NCBI GenBank assembly: GCA_038214755.1
Contig: JBBQRQ010000015.1
Location: forward strand, 1-64,000
Direction of reading: 5' to 3'
Length of the DNA: 64,000 nucleotides
Source of the DNA: Verrucomicrobiota bacterium
GTDB lineage: Bacteria; Verrucomicrobiota; Verrucomicrobiia; Limisphaerales; CANJXF01
Positions 19,185 through 29,078 of the stretch are shown here, piece after piece (positions within the stretch are counted from its first letter, which is position 1; every line of letters starts with the position of its first letter). Both the position numbers and the translations under genes were made by a program. The notes under the pieces are model-generated. The model made no database searches and was not told where the DNA came from. It saw only the letters and a program-made list of their open reading frames with translations.

Positions 19185-19548
19185 GAAACGATCCTGTCGC
19201 TGGTTGCTGGTAGCGCGGTTCGTAACAAAACAACCTGCGCGACGCAACTGAATAGAAGACGTCGCTGCAAGTTGGAAAACGGCCTGCCTCCCGATTGGGA
19301 GATGTCCAGCGGATTGCAAACACGCGCCCCGGCTCTAAAGTCCAAAGCCGGGGGTCACAGAATCAAACCGCTTGGCCGCCGCGATGCTGGAAGCCCACGC
19401 CCATTGAAAATTGTAGCCGCCGAGCCAGTGCCGTTTGCCGCCGATTGCGTAAGATACTCCCAAGGCTGTCTCAATAAAAATTTGGAGGCGAACAAACCGG
19501 AAATCACTTGCCTCTGACCCGTTGGCGTGCAAAAGATATTCGGCGGTC

Positions 19549-19625
19549 GCACCCATAGCTCAATTGGATAGAGCGGCTGACTACGGATCAGCAGGTTTGA
19601 AGTTCAACTCTTCATGGGTGCACCA
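19549..19625 (+). tRNA. tRNA-Arg(ACG)
   Basis: GCACCCA acceptor, anticodon arm GCTGA-CTACGGA-TCAGC, TTCAACT T-loop, encoded CCA. Confidence 0.97.
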
Positions 19626-19843
19626 CTTCAACGCTTCTTTTGTTTTATCTTTTCTGCCTCCGGCGAAAATCAAATACGTTGTCTTTGGTAACATGAAAAT
19701 AAAACCACGCAGGGGTAGAAACGAATTTCAAGCATTGTGAAAAAGACCCTTTCGTCAGAAAATTTCCAGAAGACATTTGGAAGCGAGTCAACTCAGCCAA
19801 GCCTATTGTCAGGGCTGTTCGGGCGATCCCTTCGAGTTTCCAC

Positions 19844-20689
19844 ATGAAATTAGGCGCGCATTGTTCAACTTCCGGCGGCGTTTGGACGGCGCTCGAACGT
19901 GGCGCGTCCATCAGTTGCGAAGCGATTCAAATCTTCGTCAAAAATAATATGCAATGGTTTGGCAAACCGCATTCGCCAAACGACCTCGCGCTTTACGCAA
20001 ACCAACTCGCGTCGCAGAAATTTTCCTGCGTGTTTGGGCACACCGGCTATTTGATTAATCTCGGCGCGCCCGCTTCAGACAATCGCGACAAGTCCATCAA
20101 GTCGTTGATTCAGGAAATCAATTTCGCGACGGATTTAGGAATTCCATTTTTGGTTTTGCATCCCGGCGCGCATCTGGGTTCCGGCGAAGAAAATTGCGTG
20201 AAGCAAATCGTCGCCGCGCTCGACGAAGTTTTTGCCGCGACAAAAATTTCCCCCGTGAAAATTGCGTTGGAAAATACCGCCGGGCAGGGGAGCTGTCTCG
20301 GTCACAAGGTCGAACATCTCGCCGCCGTTTTCGACCGCGTGAAAAAACCAGAGCGGCTCGGCGTCTGTCTGGACACGGCGCATCTTTTCGCGGCAGGCTA
20401 CGACATTCGCACGGAGAAAGGTTGGAACGCGGCCATCGAGGAAGTCGATTCGCTGATCGGTTTGAAAAAAATTCTCGCGTTTCACCTGAACGATTCCAAA
20501 ACGGATTTAGGTTCGCGCGTGGATCGGCATGCGCACATCGGCGAAGGAAAAATCGGCCAGCAGGCGTTTCGTCACATCGTCAACGACGCGCGTTTCAAAA
20601 ACACGCCGGGCTGTTTGGAAACGCCGAAGTCAAAAGATTTGCACGAAGACGTGATTAACCTGGCCGTGTTGCGCTCGCTCCTGAAATAG
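19844..20689 (+). CDS. nfo: Endonuclease IV (AP endonuclease 2)
   Basis: LGAHCS, HTGYLINL, VLHPG, LENTAGQG, CLDTAHLF, FHLNDSK, DRHAHIG, LETP. Confidence 0.95.
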   Translation: MKLGAHCSTSGGVWTALERGASISCEAIQIFVKNNMQWFGKPHSPNDLALYANQLASQKFSCVFGHTGYLINLGAPASDNRDKSIKSLIQEINFATDLGIPFLVLHPGAHLGSGEENCVKQIVAALDEVFAATKISPVKIALENTAGQGSCLGHKVEHLAAVFDRVKKPERLGVCLDTAHLFAAGYDIRTEKGWNAAIEEVDSLIGLKKILAFHLNDSKTDLGSRVDRHAHIGEGKIGQQAFRHIVNDARFKNTPGCLETPKSKDLHEDVINLAVLRSLLK

Positions 20690-20755
20690 CGGACCGACGA
20701 ACAGAATTCGTTCCTCAATATTTATGGACGGCGGAGTATCGGAGACCACCAGTTT

Positions 20756-20872
20756 TTAACGCAAAGGGCGCAAAGGTTTTCGCAGAGGGGCAACCTTTTC
20801 TCTCGAAGTTTTTTTTCCTTTTGCTACTCCCCTTTGCGACCTCTGCGTGAACCTTCGCGTCCTCTGCGTTTA
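20756..20872. repeat. Palindromic intergenic repeat, family E
   Basis: AACGCAAAGGGCGCAAAGGTTTTCGCAGAGG...CCTCTGCGTGAACCTTCGCGTCCTCTGCGTT between convergent genes. Confidence 0.8.
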
Positions 20873-20907
20873 ATCCGGCGACCTAAAATTTTGTGGGCGG
20901 AATCGGC

Positions 20908-21645
20908 TCACTCGATTTCGATTTGCTTCAGCCACAAATTCCGAAAGGCGACCGGCCCATGATCGCCTTGGAGCATCAATAGTCCCAGCGGTTTTTCGTC
21001 ATTGAAAACGGGCGAGCGGGTTGGGCCGGTCACTTCAACATTTTTGTGAATCAGTTTTCCGTTGTGGACGACTTTGACGAAGCGGGCGTTCTCAATTTTT
21101 TTTCCGGCGACGTCAAAACGTGGCGCGCGGAACACCACATCGAAGGCTTGCCATTCGCCGGCGGGTTTGCTCGCATTCAACAACGGCGCGTGACCCTCAT
21201 AACCCTGCTCATTTTTCCAGCGCTGGTAAAGGCCGCCGCAATCGCCGTATTTCGGATGCTCCACGCCCCAGCTATCGAGGATTTGGATTTCGTAGCGGCC
21301 TTGAAAATACACTCCAGAATTTGAATTGCTCGAAACGCAAAACTCGAGGTGCGCCACACAATCGCCGTGCTGAAAAACACTTTTTAAATCCTGCTCGTGT
21401 CCTTCGATGCCGTTGACCAAAACGCCTTCGCCCGGTTGGATTTCAAACAAATGCGGTTCTGATTTTTTCAGTGAAACAGATTTTGCCGTCATCCAGTTTC
21501 CGGTCGGGGATTGCCAACCGGAGAGGTCATGTCCGTTAAATAAAAAAACTTTTTTTTGTGAAACGGAGCCGGTTTGACAAGCGGTGAGAAAAATAAAGGC
21601 CAACGACGCCAACCCAATCCAACCCGTTCTCTGAATTTTCAACAT
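20908..21645 (-). CDS. DUF1080 (3-keto-disaccharide hydrolase) lipoprotein
   Basis: LTAC lipobox, LFNGHDLSGW, NSGVY, YEIQILDS, LQGDHGPVAFRNLW. Confidence 0.9.
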   Translation of the reverse strand: MLKIQRTGWIGLASLAFIFLTACQTGSVSQKKVFLFNGHDLSGWQSPTGNWMTAKSVSLKKSEPHLFEIQPGEGVLVNGIEGHEQDLKSVFQHGDCVAHLEFCVSSNSNSGVYFQGRYEIQILDSWGVEHPKYGDCGGLYQRWKNEQGYEGHAPLLNASKPAGEWQAFDVVFRAPRFDVAGKKIENARFVKVVHNGKLIHKNVEVTGPTRSPVFNDEKPLGLLMLQGDHGPVAFRNLWLKQIEIE

Positions 21646-21716
21646 GGCGAAAAGATAAGTACGCTGCAGGCAGATGCAAGATCGGCGCATCTTGACGGCG
21701 TGTTCGCAAATGGAAA

Positions 21717-21811
21717 GGAGCGCGGACAGCCTTGTCCGCGTGTTCCTAAACGCACTAGAACCCGAGCGTTTCCGCGCGCCGGATTCACGCGGACAAGGCT
21801 GTCCGCGCTCC
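21717..21811. repeat. GGAG-type REP doublet, family D
   Basis: GGAGCGCGGACAGCCTTGTCCGCGTG / CACGCGGACAAGGCTGTCCGCGCTCC perfect arms; a single arm also at 24825. Confidence 0.9.
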
Positions 21812-22078
21812 TTTCTGTTTCGTTTGGGTTACGCGCCCGTTACACTTCTCTTCGCTGGACTGGAAGAGTCCCGAACCTACAGGCTGGAAGCCTGCGCTAC
21901 GTAGCGCGCGCATCTTTGCGTGCAGGTTACGGCGGCTTCCAGCCGCCAGTTCGAAAGACAATTTCAAGACGCACTCAATGCCAGACACCACCGAATTCCG
22001 AATTGACGCCATCGTTGCGCGGGCTAATTCTGTTCCGAGGTTTCCATGAGTCGTCAAAGGCCACACCCCAATTTTATC

Positions 22079-23401
22079 ATGAATAAAAACTACCTCTTCG
22101 CATTTGCCCTTGTCTCTATTTTAGCCGGCTGCAGCACGGCTCGAAATAATTCGGCGGAACAAAATTTCACCGCTTTGTTCGATGGGAAAACGCTGAACGG
22201 ATGGACTTCGCTCGAAGGAAAAAATTCCGGCTATCTCGTCAAAGATGACGTGCTTATCTGCCCGGCGGTCGGCGGAGGAAATTTATTTTCGGAAAAAGAA
22301 TATTCCGATTTTGTTTTGCGATTGGATTTCAAATTGGCTCCCGGCGCGAACAACGGTGTCGGCATTCGCGCGCCCCTGGGCGGCGGTCAAATCGGCTACA
22401 TCGGAAACGAAATTCAAATCATCGACGACAGTTCTTCCAAATTTGATCATCTAAAAGTTGGCCAGAATTGTGGATCGCTTTATCGAGTTCTTCCGGCCAA
22501 ACGCGGCGCGGTCAAACCGCCCGGCGAATGGAACAGCTACGAAATCACCGCCATCGGCCGCCACATCAAAGTCTTGTTGAACGGAAAAAAAGTGGTCGAT
22601 GGAAATATTAACGACGTGCGCGACCCGGAAATTCTGCGGCGGCATCCCGGCATGTTGCGTCCGAGCGGTCACATCGTTTTGCTCGGGCACAACAGCGAGG
22701 TCCAATTTCGCAACATTCGCCTTCGCGAGATGACGCGCTTTTACGAACGCGACAACGTTCCGCCGACCGGTTTTTCCGCGCTGTTCAATGGCCGTGATCT
22801 AGCCAATTGGAAAGGGCTGGTGGCCGATCCGCCCAAGCGCGCGAAGATGTCGCCCGAAGAACTGGCGCGGGAGCAGAGCAAAGCCAATGAGATGATGCGG
22901 AAGAATTGGACGGTGGAAAAAGGCGAGTTGGTTAATCGCGGAAAAGGTTTTGATAATCTTTGCAGCGAAAAAGATTTTGGCGATTTCGAGTTGTTGGTTG
23001 ATTTCAAAATCCCGCCGAAAGGCGACAGCGGGATTTATCTGCGCGGCTCTCCGCAGGTGCAAATCTGGGAACCGAACAGCGGCGGAGTTGACCCCAAACA
23101 TCTCGGCTCAGGCGGGCTTTACAATAATAAGAAAAATCAAAACTACGCTACGAAATTTGCCGACCGCTATCCGGGCGAGTGGAATCGGTTTCGCATTCTG
23201 ATGGTGGGCGAAAAGGTCCACGTTTTTCTGAACAATGAGTTGGTCGTGAACGATGTGACGATGGAAAATTATTGGGAACGCGACAAACCGATTTATCCGT
23301 TTGGCTCGATTGAATTGCAGGCGCATCACGAGCCGGTCTATTTCAAAAATGTTTACGTCCGGGAAATTCCGCGCGGAGAAATGAAAACAAAATTAAAATA
23401 A
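22079..23401 (+). CDS. Tandem DUF1080-domain lipoprotein
   Basis: LAGC lipobox; two repeats of the LFxGxxLxxW...N/DSGI...QI...GEWN...FRN/FKN pattern. Confidence 0.9.
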   Translation: MNKNYLFAFALVSILAGCSTARNNSAEQNFTALFDGKTLNGWTSLEGKNSGYLVKDDVLICPAVGGGNLFSEKEYSDFVLRLDFKLAPGANNGVGIRAPLGGGQIGYIGNEIQIIDDSSSKFDHLKVGQNCGSLYRVLPAKRGAVKPPGEWNSYEITAIGRHIKVLLNGKKVVDGNINDVRDPEILRRHPGMLRPSGHIVLLGHNSEVQFRNIRLREMTRFYERDNVPPTGFSALFNGRDLANWKGLVADPPKRAKMSPEELAREQSKANEMMRKNWTVEKGELVNRGKGFDNLCSEKDFGDFELLVDFKIPPKGDSGIYLRGSPQVQIWEPNSGGVDPKHLGSGGLYNNKKNQNYATKFADRYPGEWNRFRILMVGEKVHVFLNNELVVNDVTMENYWERDKPIYPFGSIELQAHHEPVYFKNVYVREIPRGEMKTKLK

Positions 23402-23403
23402 CG

Positions 23404-23501
23404 GGAGCGCGGTGTTTACGCCGCTTCGCCTCGAAAGTGTCTCAAGATAACGCGAATCATTTGAGTTCTATTTTATTGAAGCGGCGTGAACGCCGCGCTC
23501 C
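23404..23501. repeat. GGAG-type REP doublet
   Basis: GGAGCGCGGTGTTTACGCCGCTTC...GAAGCGGCGTGAACGCCGCGCTCC. Confidence 0.8.
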
Positions 23502-23532
23502 ATCGCAGGTTCCGAAAGGTTGTAAAAAATTT

Positions 23533-24825
23533 ATGAAAAATCAATTCACTCGCCGGCAGTTTATCGGAAAAAGTTCTGCGGCCGCCGCCGGACTTTTTTT
23601 CATCGGCAAAGCCAGTTCGTTTGGGCGCAATAGAATTTCGCCCAACGAAAAATTAAACATCGGCTGCGTCGGCGTGGAACATCGCGCCGGAGCGGATTTA
23701 AAAGAAGTCTCCAGCCAAAACATTGTCGCGCTCTGCGACATCGATGACGATTACTTAACGAAGGTTGGAAAAAATTATCCGGGCGCAAAAACTTACAACG
23801 ACTTTCGCAAGCTCCTTGAGCAAAAAGATATTGATGCAGTCGTGATTGGAACGCCCGATCACACTCATGCCGTGGCGACGGTTGGAGCTTTGCAAAGTGG
23901 TCGCCATGTTTATTGCGAGAAGCCACTGACCCACACCATTTCCGAAGCGAGAATCGTTTCGCAACTGACGAAGAAACACCGCCGCGTCACGCAAATGGGA
24001 AATCAGATTCATGCCAGTAATAATTATCGGCGCGTGGTGGAATTGGTGAAGAGCGGCGCGATTGGCGAGGTGCGCGAAGTCCATGTTTGGGTCGGCGCAG
24101 TTTACGGCAACACGGGGAAACCAAAGCCAGCGCCCGTTCCAGCGAACTTGCATTACGACCTTTGGCTCGGCCCCATCGAGCCGGTTCGGTACAGCCCGAA
24201 TTACATACCAGTCACCTGGAGAAATTATTGGGTGTTTGGCGGCGGAACCATGACCGATTTTTGTTGTCATCACATGGACCTTTCGCATTGGGCGCTGGAC
24301 TTGCGCTCTCCGCTGACGGTCGAATCGGAAGGCCCGCCGGTGGACGAGATTGAAGTTCCGGTGTGGATGATCGCCACGTTTAATTATCCCGGGCGCGGAG
24401 CAAAACCGCCGGTGAAATTGGTTTGGTATCAAGGTGGAAAACGTCCGCCCTTTCCCGAATGCTCAAAAGAAAGTTGGCCCGACGACGGCACGTTGTTCAT
24501 TGGCGAAAAAGGAAAACTGCAATCCAGTTATGGAAATCATCGCCTGTTGCCGGAACAAGATTTCAGAGATTTCGTCCCGCCGACGCCGTTCATTCCAAAC
24601 TCCATTGGCCATCACGAGGAATGGATCTTAGCTTGCAAAACAGGCGGGCCGACGACCTCCAATTTCGATTACGGTGGAGCGCTCACCGAAGCCGGTTTGC
24701 TCGGCAACGTCGCTTATCGCGTCGGAAAAAAAATCGAGTGGGACACAAAAACTTTGCGCGCGAAAAATTGTCCCGAGGCCGATCAATTTATTCAGCACCA
24801 TTATCGCAAAGGCTGGAAAATCTAG
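23533..24825 (+). CDS. Tat-exported Gfo/Idh/MocA oxidoreductase
   Basis: TRRQFI Tat motif, LNIGCVG, ALCDID, GTPDHTH, HVYCEKP. Confidence 0.92.
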   Translation: MKNQFTRRQFIGKSSAAAAGLFFIGKASSFGRNRISPNEKLNIGCVGVEHRAGADLKEVSSQNIVALCDIDDDYLTKVGKNYPGAKTYNDFRKLLEQKDIDAVVIGTPDHTHAVATVGALQSGRHVYCEKPLTHTISEARIVSQLTKKHRRVTQMGNQIHASNNYRRVVELVKSGAIGEVREVHVWVGAVYGNTGKPKPAPVPANLHYDLWLGPIEPVRYSPNYIPVTWRNYWVFGGGTMTDFCCHHMDLSHWALDLRSPLTVESEGPPVDEIEVPVWMIATFNYPGRGAKPPVKLVWYQGGKRPPFPECSKESWPDDGTLFIGEKGKLQSSYGNHRLLPEQDFRDFVPPTPFIPNSIGHHEEWILACKTGGPTTSNFDYGGALTEAGLLGNVAYRVGKKIEWDTKTLRAKNCPEADQFIQHHYRKGWKI

Positions 24826-24880
24826 GAGCGCGGACAGCCTTGTCTGCGCGTGACTGGGTAGCACCTGGCGGCATCCGAAA

Positions 24881-24972
24881 GTAGGGCAGCGCGTCTCGCC
24901 TGCCTGGGCGCAAGGGGAAACTTTCAAATCTGATTCCCCCTTTACCCAGGCAGGCGAGACGCGCTGCCCTAC
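24881..24972. repeat. GTAG-type REP doublet, family B
   Basis: 28-bp perfect inverted arms GTAGGGCAGCGCGTCTCGCCTGCCTGGG. Confidence 0.9.
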
Positions 24973-25011
24973 TTTGGCTGCGGCTTCGTCGCGCTGGGTG
25001 AATCGGTGGTT

Positions 25012-26121
25012 TCACCTGCATGATCCGGCTAAGTGTTCTAAAATTTTCCGATGCGCGCTGGAGAAAGCGAGCTTCCTCAATTCAGAAACGCGCAACCATT
25101 TTCCTTCTGGAATTTCTGGTGAGCGCAGCCGGGCGCGAAAAACTTCCAGCGTAATCCGATAGCGCGTGATGGAATGTTGGATGGTGAAAAATGGTTTCGC
25201 GCCGCAAGGAGTTTTGAAGATCTCATTCGTTGAAAAAGCCTTTCCATTGGTGACTTCGATGTTGGGGAATTCCCAAAGATGCGCGTTGACCACTTTCGCG
25301 GGACGTTGCCGCACAAAAAAGCGTCCATCATTTTCCAGGACAAACGCCGCGAAATTTCGTTTGGTTGGTGGAACGCGCTTCTCCAAATTCGGGAGTTGGC
25401 CGATGCAATTTTCGCGAAAGGCAAAGCAAGTTTTTCGGAGCGGGCAAATGAGACATCCCGGCTGGCGCGGCGTGCAAATCAGCGCGCCCAGTTCCATCAG
25501 AGCTTGGTTGAAATGTGAGCAAGTAGAGTAGGGCAGGCGTCCCGCCTGCCCGCCTGGGCGAAACCCCGGTAGTCTATTCGCAGTCACGACCAACTCCTCC
25601 GCCAAATTCCAAAGCTGTTCGTTGGTCTTTTTATCGCGCGGATTTCCGGCGATTCCGAAAACGCGGGTGAGAACACGAATAACATTTCCGTCCAGAATTG
25701 GTTTCGGCTGGTGGAAGGCGATGCTGCAAATCGCGCCCGCCGTGTAGCGACCGATTCCGGGCAGCGCGAGTGTGTCATTGAAATTTTCCGGAAATTTTCC
25801 GTCGTGTTTTTCCAAAATCATTTTCGCGGCGCCGTGCAAATTTCGAGCGCGAGTGTAGTAGCCAAGTCCCTCCCAAAGTTTATGAATTTTTTCCGAAGAC
25901 GCTTTTGCCAGAGTTTCAATGGTTGGCAATTCGCACATCCAACACTCCCAAAATGGAATCACCGTTTTGACCTGCGTTTGTTGGAGCATGATTTCGGAAA
26001 TCCAAATGGCGTAGGGGTCGCGCGTTTTGCGCCAGGGCAAATCGCGGGCGTTTCGGGAAAACCATTTAAGCAGCAACTGGACGAGTCGCTGATTTTTGCA
26101 AACAGAATTAACAGACTTCAC
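25012..26121 (-). CDS. mutY: A/G-specific adenine glycosylase MutY, with REP-derived loop
   Basis: RDLPWR, WISEIMLQQTQV, GLGYY, LPGIGRYTA, DGNVIRV, FeS motif CTPRQPGCLICPLRKTC, NUDIX-like C-terminus. Confidence 0.95.
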   Translation of the reverse strand: MKSVNSVCKNQRLVQLLLKWFSRNARDLPWRKTRDPYAIWISEIMLQQTQVKTVIPFWECWMCELPTIETLAKASSEKIHKLWEGLGYYTRARNLHGAAKMILEKHDGKFPENFNDTLALPGIGRYTAGAICSIAFHQPKPILDGNVIRVLTRVFGIAGNPRDKKTNEQLWNLAEELVVTANRLPGFRPGGQAGRLPYSTCSHFNQALMELGALICTPRQPGCLICPLRKTCFAFRENCIGQLPNLEKRVPPTKRNFAAFVLENDGRFFVRQRPAKVVNAHLWEFPNIEVTNGKAFSTNEIFKTPCGAKPFFTIQHSITRYRITLEVFRARLRSPEIPEGKWLRVSELRKLAFSSAHRKILEHLAGSCR

Positions 26122-26204
26122 AAAATTTTCCGCAAGCGATTTGAACTTTTCGATTTTGAATTCTATCCATTCTGCTAGTGCTGTCTAAGGTTCTGTTTGA
26201 AAAT

Positions 26205-26279
26205 GTAGCCGCCGACGTGAGAAGGCGGATTCGCGACGACGATGTGCCAAACCCTCCGCCTCCTCACGTCGGCGGCTAC
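26205..26279. repeat. GTAG-type REP doublet, family A
   Basis: GTAGCCGCCGACGTGAGAAGGCGGA...TCCGCCTCCTCACGTCGGCGGCTAC; 75 bp, like the copy at 9824. Confidence 0.9.
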
Positions 26280-26323
26280 GGCCGTTTTCAAGCAGGCTCT
26301 AAAATTTTTAATTTTATTTTATT

Positions 26324-27286
26324 TTGAAACCGCTGACTTCCCACACCTGCAAATTGACCGAGGCGCAAGCCGCCTCGCTGCAAAAATATTTGCGGGAAAA
26401 TCATTTTGAATTTCGCGAAGTGCCTTACGCAAAATTTGCCGCGGCGAAAGACAAGTTGAACGTTGTTTTTTACGAGAGCGGAAAACTTGTCGTGCAAGGG
26501 AAAGGAACGCAGGAGTTCGTCGAGTTTATTTTGGAGCCGCAGATTTTGGGTGAAGCGAAACTCGGATACGAAGCGGTGTTGAATCCGGAGTTGCTCCTCC
26601 CACGACTGGGCATTGATGAAAGCGGCAAGGGCGATTTTTTTGGACCGTTGTGCGTCGCCGGAGTTTATGTGAACGAAAAAATCATCAGCCGTTGGAAAGA
26701 GGCGGGCATTCGTGATTCCAAAAATATTTCCAGCGACAAAAAGATTTTTGAGTTGGCAAAGTTGATTCGCGAAACGCCGGGTTGTGTTACGGCGGTGGTT
26801 CCGATTGGCAACGAAGCCTACAACCGTCTTTACGCAAAAATGCGGAGTGTGAACACGCTGCTGGCCTGGGGTCACGCGCGAGTAATCGAGAATTTAATGG
26901 GGCAAAAACATCGGATGCAGCCGCCGCCCGTGCGCGCGATCTCCGATCAATTTGCCAGCAGCAAGGATGTGATCGGAAAAGCGTTGATGAATCTGGGCCG
27001 GGAAATCGAATTGGTGCAGCGGCACAAGGCCGAGGAGGATATTGCGGTGGCGGCGGCTTCGATTTTGGCGCGGAATGAATTTGTCACGCGGCTCGCCGGT
27101 TTGGAAAAACAATTCGGAATGAAACTTCCGAAAGGCGCCTCGGCGGCGGTGGACGCGGCGGCGAAAGAATTTTTGGAGAAGCATGGAGCCGAACATTTTC
27201 CCAAGGTAGCGAAGATGCATTTTCGGACGGCGTTGCGGGCCCAAGGTTTGCCAGAGCCGCCGAAAACTGCGTGGAAACGGCGGTAA
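26324..27286 (+). CDS. rnhC: Ribonuclease HIII
   Basis: N-terminal TBP-like domain (FYESGKLVVQGK), GIDESGKGDFFGPL, GIRDSK, VAAASILAR, LPKGAS. Confidence 0.92.
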   Translation: MKPLTSHTCKLTEAQAASLQKYLRENHFEFREVPYAKFAAAKDKLNVVFYESGKLVVQGKGTQEFVEFILEPQILGEAKLGYEAVLNPELLLPRLGIDESGKGDFFGPLCVAGVYVNEKIISRWKEAGIRDSKNISSDKKIFELAKLIRETPGCVTAVVPIGNEAYNRLYAKMRSVNTLLAWGHARVIENLMGQKHRMQPPPVRAISDQFASSKDVIGKALMNLGREIELVQRHKAEEDIAVAAASILARNEFVTRLAGLEKQFGMKLPKGASAAVDAAAKEFLEKHGAEHFPKVAKMHFRTALRAQGLPEPPKTAWKRR

Positions 27287-27330
27287 GTTTTCACCATTAA
27301 GATAACAACAAAAAAATTTTAAAAAGTCGG

Positions 27331-27359
27331 TTGACACTAACTGGTATCTTCCTTAGGTT
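27331..27359 (+). promoter_or_regulatory. Sigma-70 promoter for the tRNA-Thr/tuf cluster
   Basis: TTGACA-17 nt-TAGGTT preceded by an A/T-rich UP-like tract. Confidence 0.7.
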
Positions 27360-27478
27360 CTCGGCCAGTCATCGGGCCGTGAGAGATTAAAATCATTAGC
27401 CTATAAAGCTTTTTGAGTAAAAAGAATTGGGCTAATGGTATTTTTTTCGTCTTTAAAGGTCGGGAGATTTTAGCTTTT

Positions 27479-27554
27479 GCCCATGTAGCTCAGTTGGCAG
27501 AGCACGTCCTTGGTAAGGACGAGGTCATCAGTTCAACCCTGATCATGGGCTCCA
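27479..27554 (+). tRNA. tRNA-Thr(GGT)
   Basis: Anticodon arm CGTCC-TTGGTAA-GGACG; CCA end. Confidence 0.97.
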
Positions 27555-27608
27555 GTTTTTGCAGCCGAATAGCGAACAATAAAAACAAAATAAACTCAGG
27601 AGATAGCA

Positions 27609-28799
27609 ATGGCAAAAGAAGCGTTTCAAAGAACCAAACCCCACGTAAATATCGGAACCATCGGACACGTTGACCACGGCAAATCGACTTTGACCGCCGC
27701 GATTGTCGCCACTCAACATGCCAAAGGATTGGCTCCCGCAATTTCCTACGCGGACATTACCAAAGGCGGCACCGTTCGTGATGAAACCAAGACGGTGACG
27801 ATCGCCGTCTCGCATGTCGAATACGAAAGCCCGACTCGCCATTACGCTCACGTTGATTGTCCAGGTCACGCTGATTATGTGAAGAACATGATTACCGGCG
27901 CGGCGCAAATGGACGGCGCGATTCTCGTGGTTAGCGCAGCGGATGGACCGATGCCGCAAACCCGCGAACATATTTTGCTCGCGCGGCAGGTCGGTGTGCC
28001 CGCCATTGTCGTCTATTTGAACAAGGTGGATCTGGTGGACGATCCCGAATTGCTCGATCTGGTTGAAATGGAGATTCGCGACCTGCTGACCAAGTATCAA
28101 TTTCCTGGAGATAAAACTCCGATCATTCGCGGCAGCGCGACGGCGGCGTTGGAGAAAAAACCCGAAGGCGAAAAGGCCATTCAGGATTTGCTCGAGGCGG
28201 TGGATACGTTTATCCCGCTGCCGACTCGCGAGATCGACAAACCGTTTTTGATGTGCATCGAAGACGTGTTCAATATTGAGGGTCGCGGCACGGTCGTGAC
28301 CGGCCGGGTGGAGCGCGGCGAGTTGGCTAAAATGTCGGAAGTCGAAATCGTCGGCTTGAAAGAGACTCGCAAAACGACGGCAACGGACATCGAAGCGTTT
28401 CGCAAACTTTTGGATAAAGCGACGGCCGGAGACAACGTCGGTGTTCTGCTGCGCGGCACGAAAAAAGAAGAAGTGGAACGCGGAATGGTTTTGGCCAAGC
28501 CCGGATCGATTACGCCGCACACGAAATTCAAAGCGGAAGTTTATGTTTTGTCGAAAGATGAAGGCGGACGTCATACCCCGTTCTTCACAAAATATCGTCC
28601 GCAATTTTATTTTCGCACCAGCGACGTCACTGGCACTTGCACTTTGCCTGCGGGAGTTGAAATGGTCATGCCGGGCGACAATGTCTCGGTGGATATTGAA
28701 TTGATTGCGCCGCTCGCGATGGAAAAAGGTCAACGGTTCGCCATCCGCGAAGGTGGCCGCACCATTGGCGCAGGCCGGGTCAGTGAAGTGATTGCTTAA
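27609..28799 (+). CDS. tuf: Elongation factor Tu
   Basis: [33 protein letters not shown]. Confidence 0.99.
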   Translation: MAKEAFQRTKPHVNIGTIGHVDHGKSTLTAAIVATQHAKGLAPAISYADITKGGTVRDETKTVTIAVSHVEYESPTRHYAHVDCPGHADYVKNMITGAAQMDGAILVVSAADGPMPQTREHILLARQVGVPAIVVYLNKVDLVDDPELLDLVEMEIRDLLTKYQFPGDKTPIIRGSATAALEKKPEGEKAIQDLLEAVDTFIPLPTREIDKPFLMCIEDVFNIEGRGTVVTGRVERGELAKMSEVEIVGLKETRKTTATDIEAFRKLLDKATAGDNVGVLLRGTKKEEVERGMVLAKPGSITPHTKFKAEVYVLSKDEGGRHTPFFTKYRPQFYFRTSDVTGTCTLPAGVEMVMPGDNVSVDIELIAPLAMEKGQRFAIREGGRTIGAGRVSEVIA

Positions 28800-28890
28800 T
28801 TATATTTCCGAGAAAAAGGGAGTTGGGGAAAAAGCCCGACTCCATTTTCGTCTAAAAATTTAGTGCGTCAGAGGAACCACTCGACGTCAT

Positions 28891-28966
28891 ACGGCGGTAG
28901 CTCAATTGGTAGAGTAGCGGTCTCCAAAACCGTTGGTTGGGGGTTCGAGACCCTCCCGCCGTGCCA
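28891..28966 (+). tRNA. tRNA-Trp(CCA)
   Basis: Anticodon arm GCGGT-CTCCAAA-ACCGT; CCA end. Confidence 0.97.
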
Positions 28967-28973
28967 CTCAAGA

Positions 28974-29060
28974 AGTTGAGAGTTGACGGTTGAAAGTTGA
29001 GAGTGGCGGAGAGGACGAAAAATTTGTAATGGACAGGGCGGAGACACTCAACTCTCAACT
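28974..29060. repeat. Inverted heptamer-tandem element (GTTGAGA)n / (TCTCAAC)n
   Basis: GTTGAGAGTTGACGGTTGAAAGTTGAGAGTG...CACTCAACTCTCAACT; similar short tandem tracts near 29238-29272 and 30119-30176. Confidence 0.65.
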
Positions 29061-29078
29061 ACAAAGTATTAACTGTCT

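Larger units (their letters stand above)
12478..19500. mobile_element. Putative 7-kb acquired island bounded by the tRNA-Arg 5' duplication; no integrase
   Basis: Direct repeat 12409-12477 / 19501-19570; by eye it lacks the REP families common elsewhere in the window. Confidence 0.6.

Noticed and set aside
15597..19319. Calling the large receptor an ordinary TonB-dependent siderophore transporter
   Set aside because: The N-terminal half is FecR plus TPR rather than a recognisable plug, and no tonB, exbBD or ABC uptake genes are nearby.
27543..28733. 396-aa antisense ORF over tuf, and similar long antisense ORFs over rpoB, rpoC, gatB and DUF1800
   Set aside because: Shadow frames of strongly codon-biased genes; no recognisable motifs.
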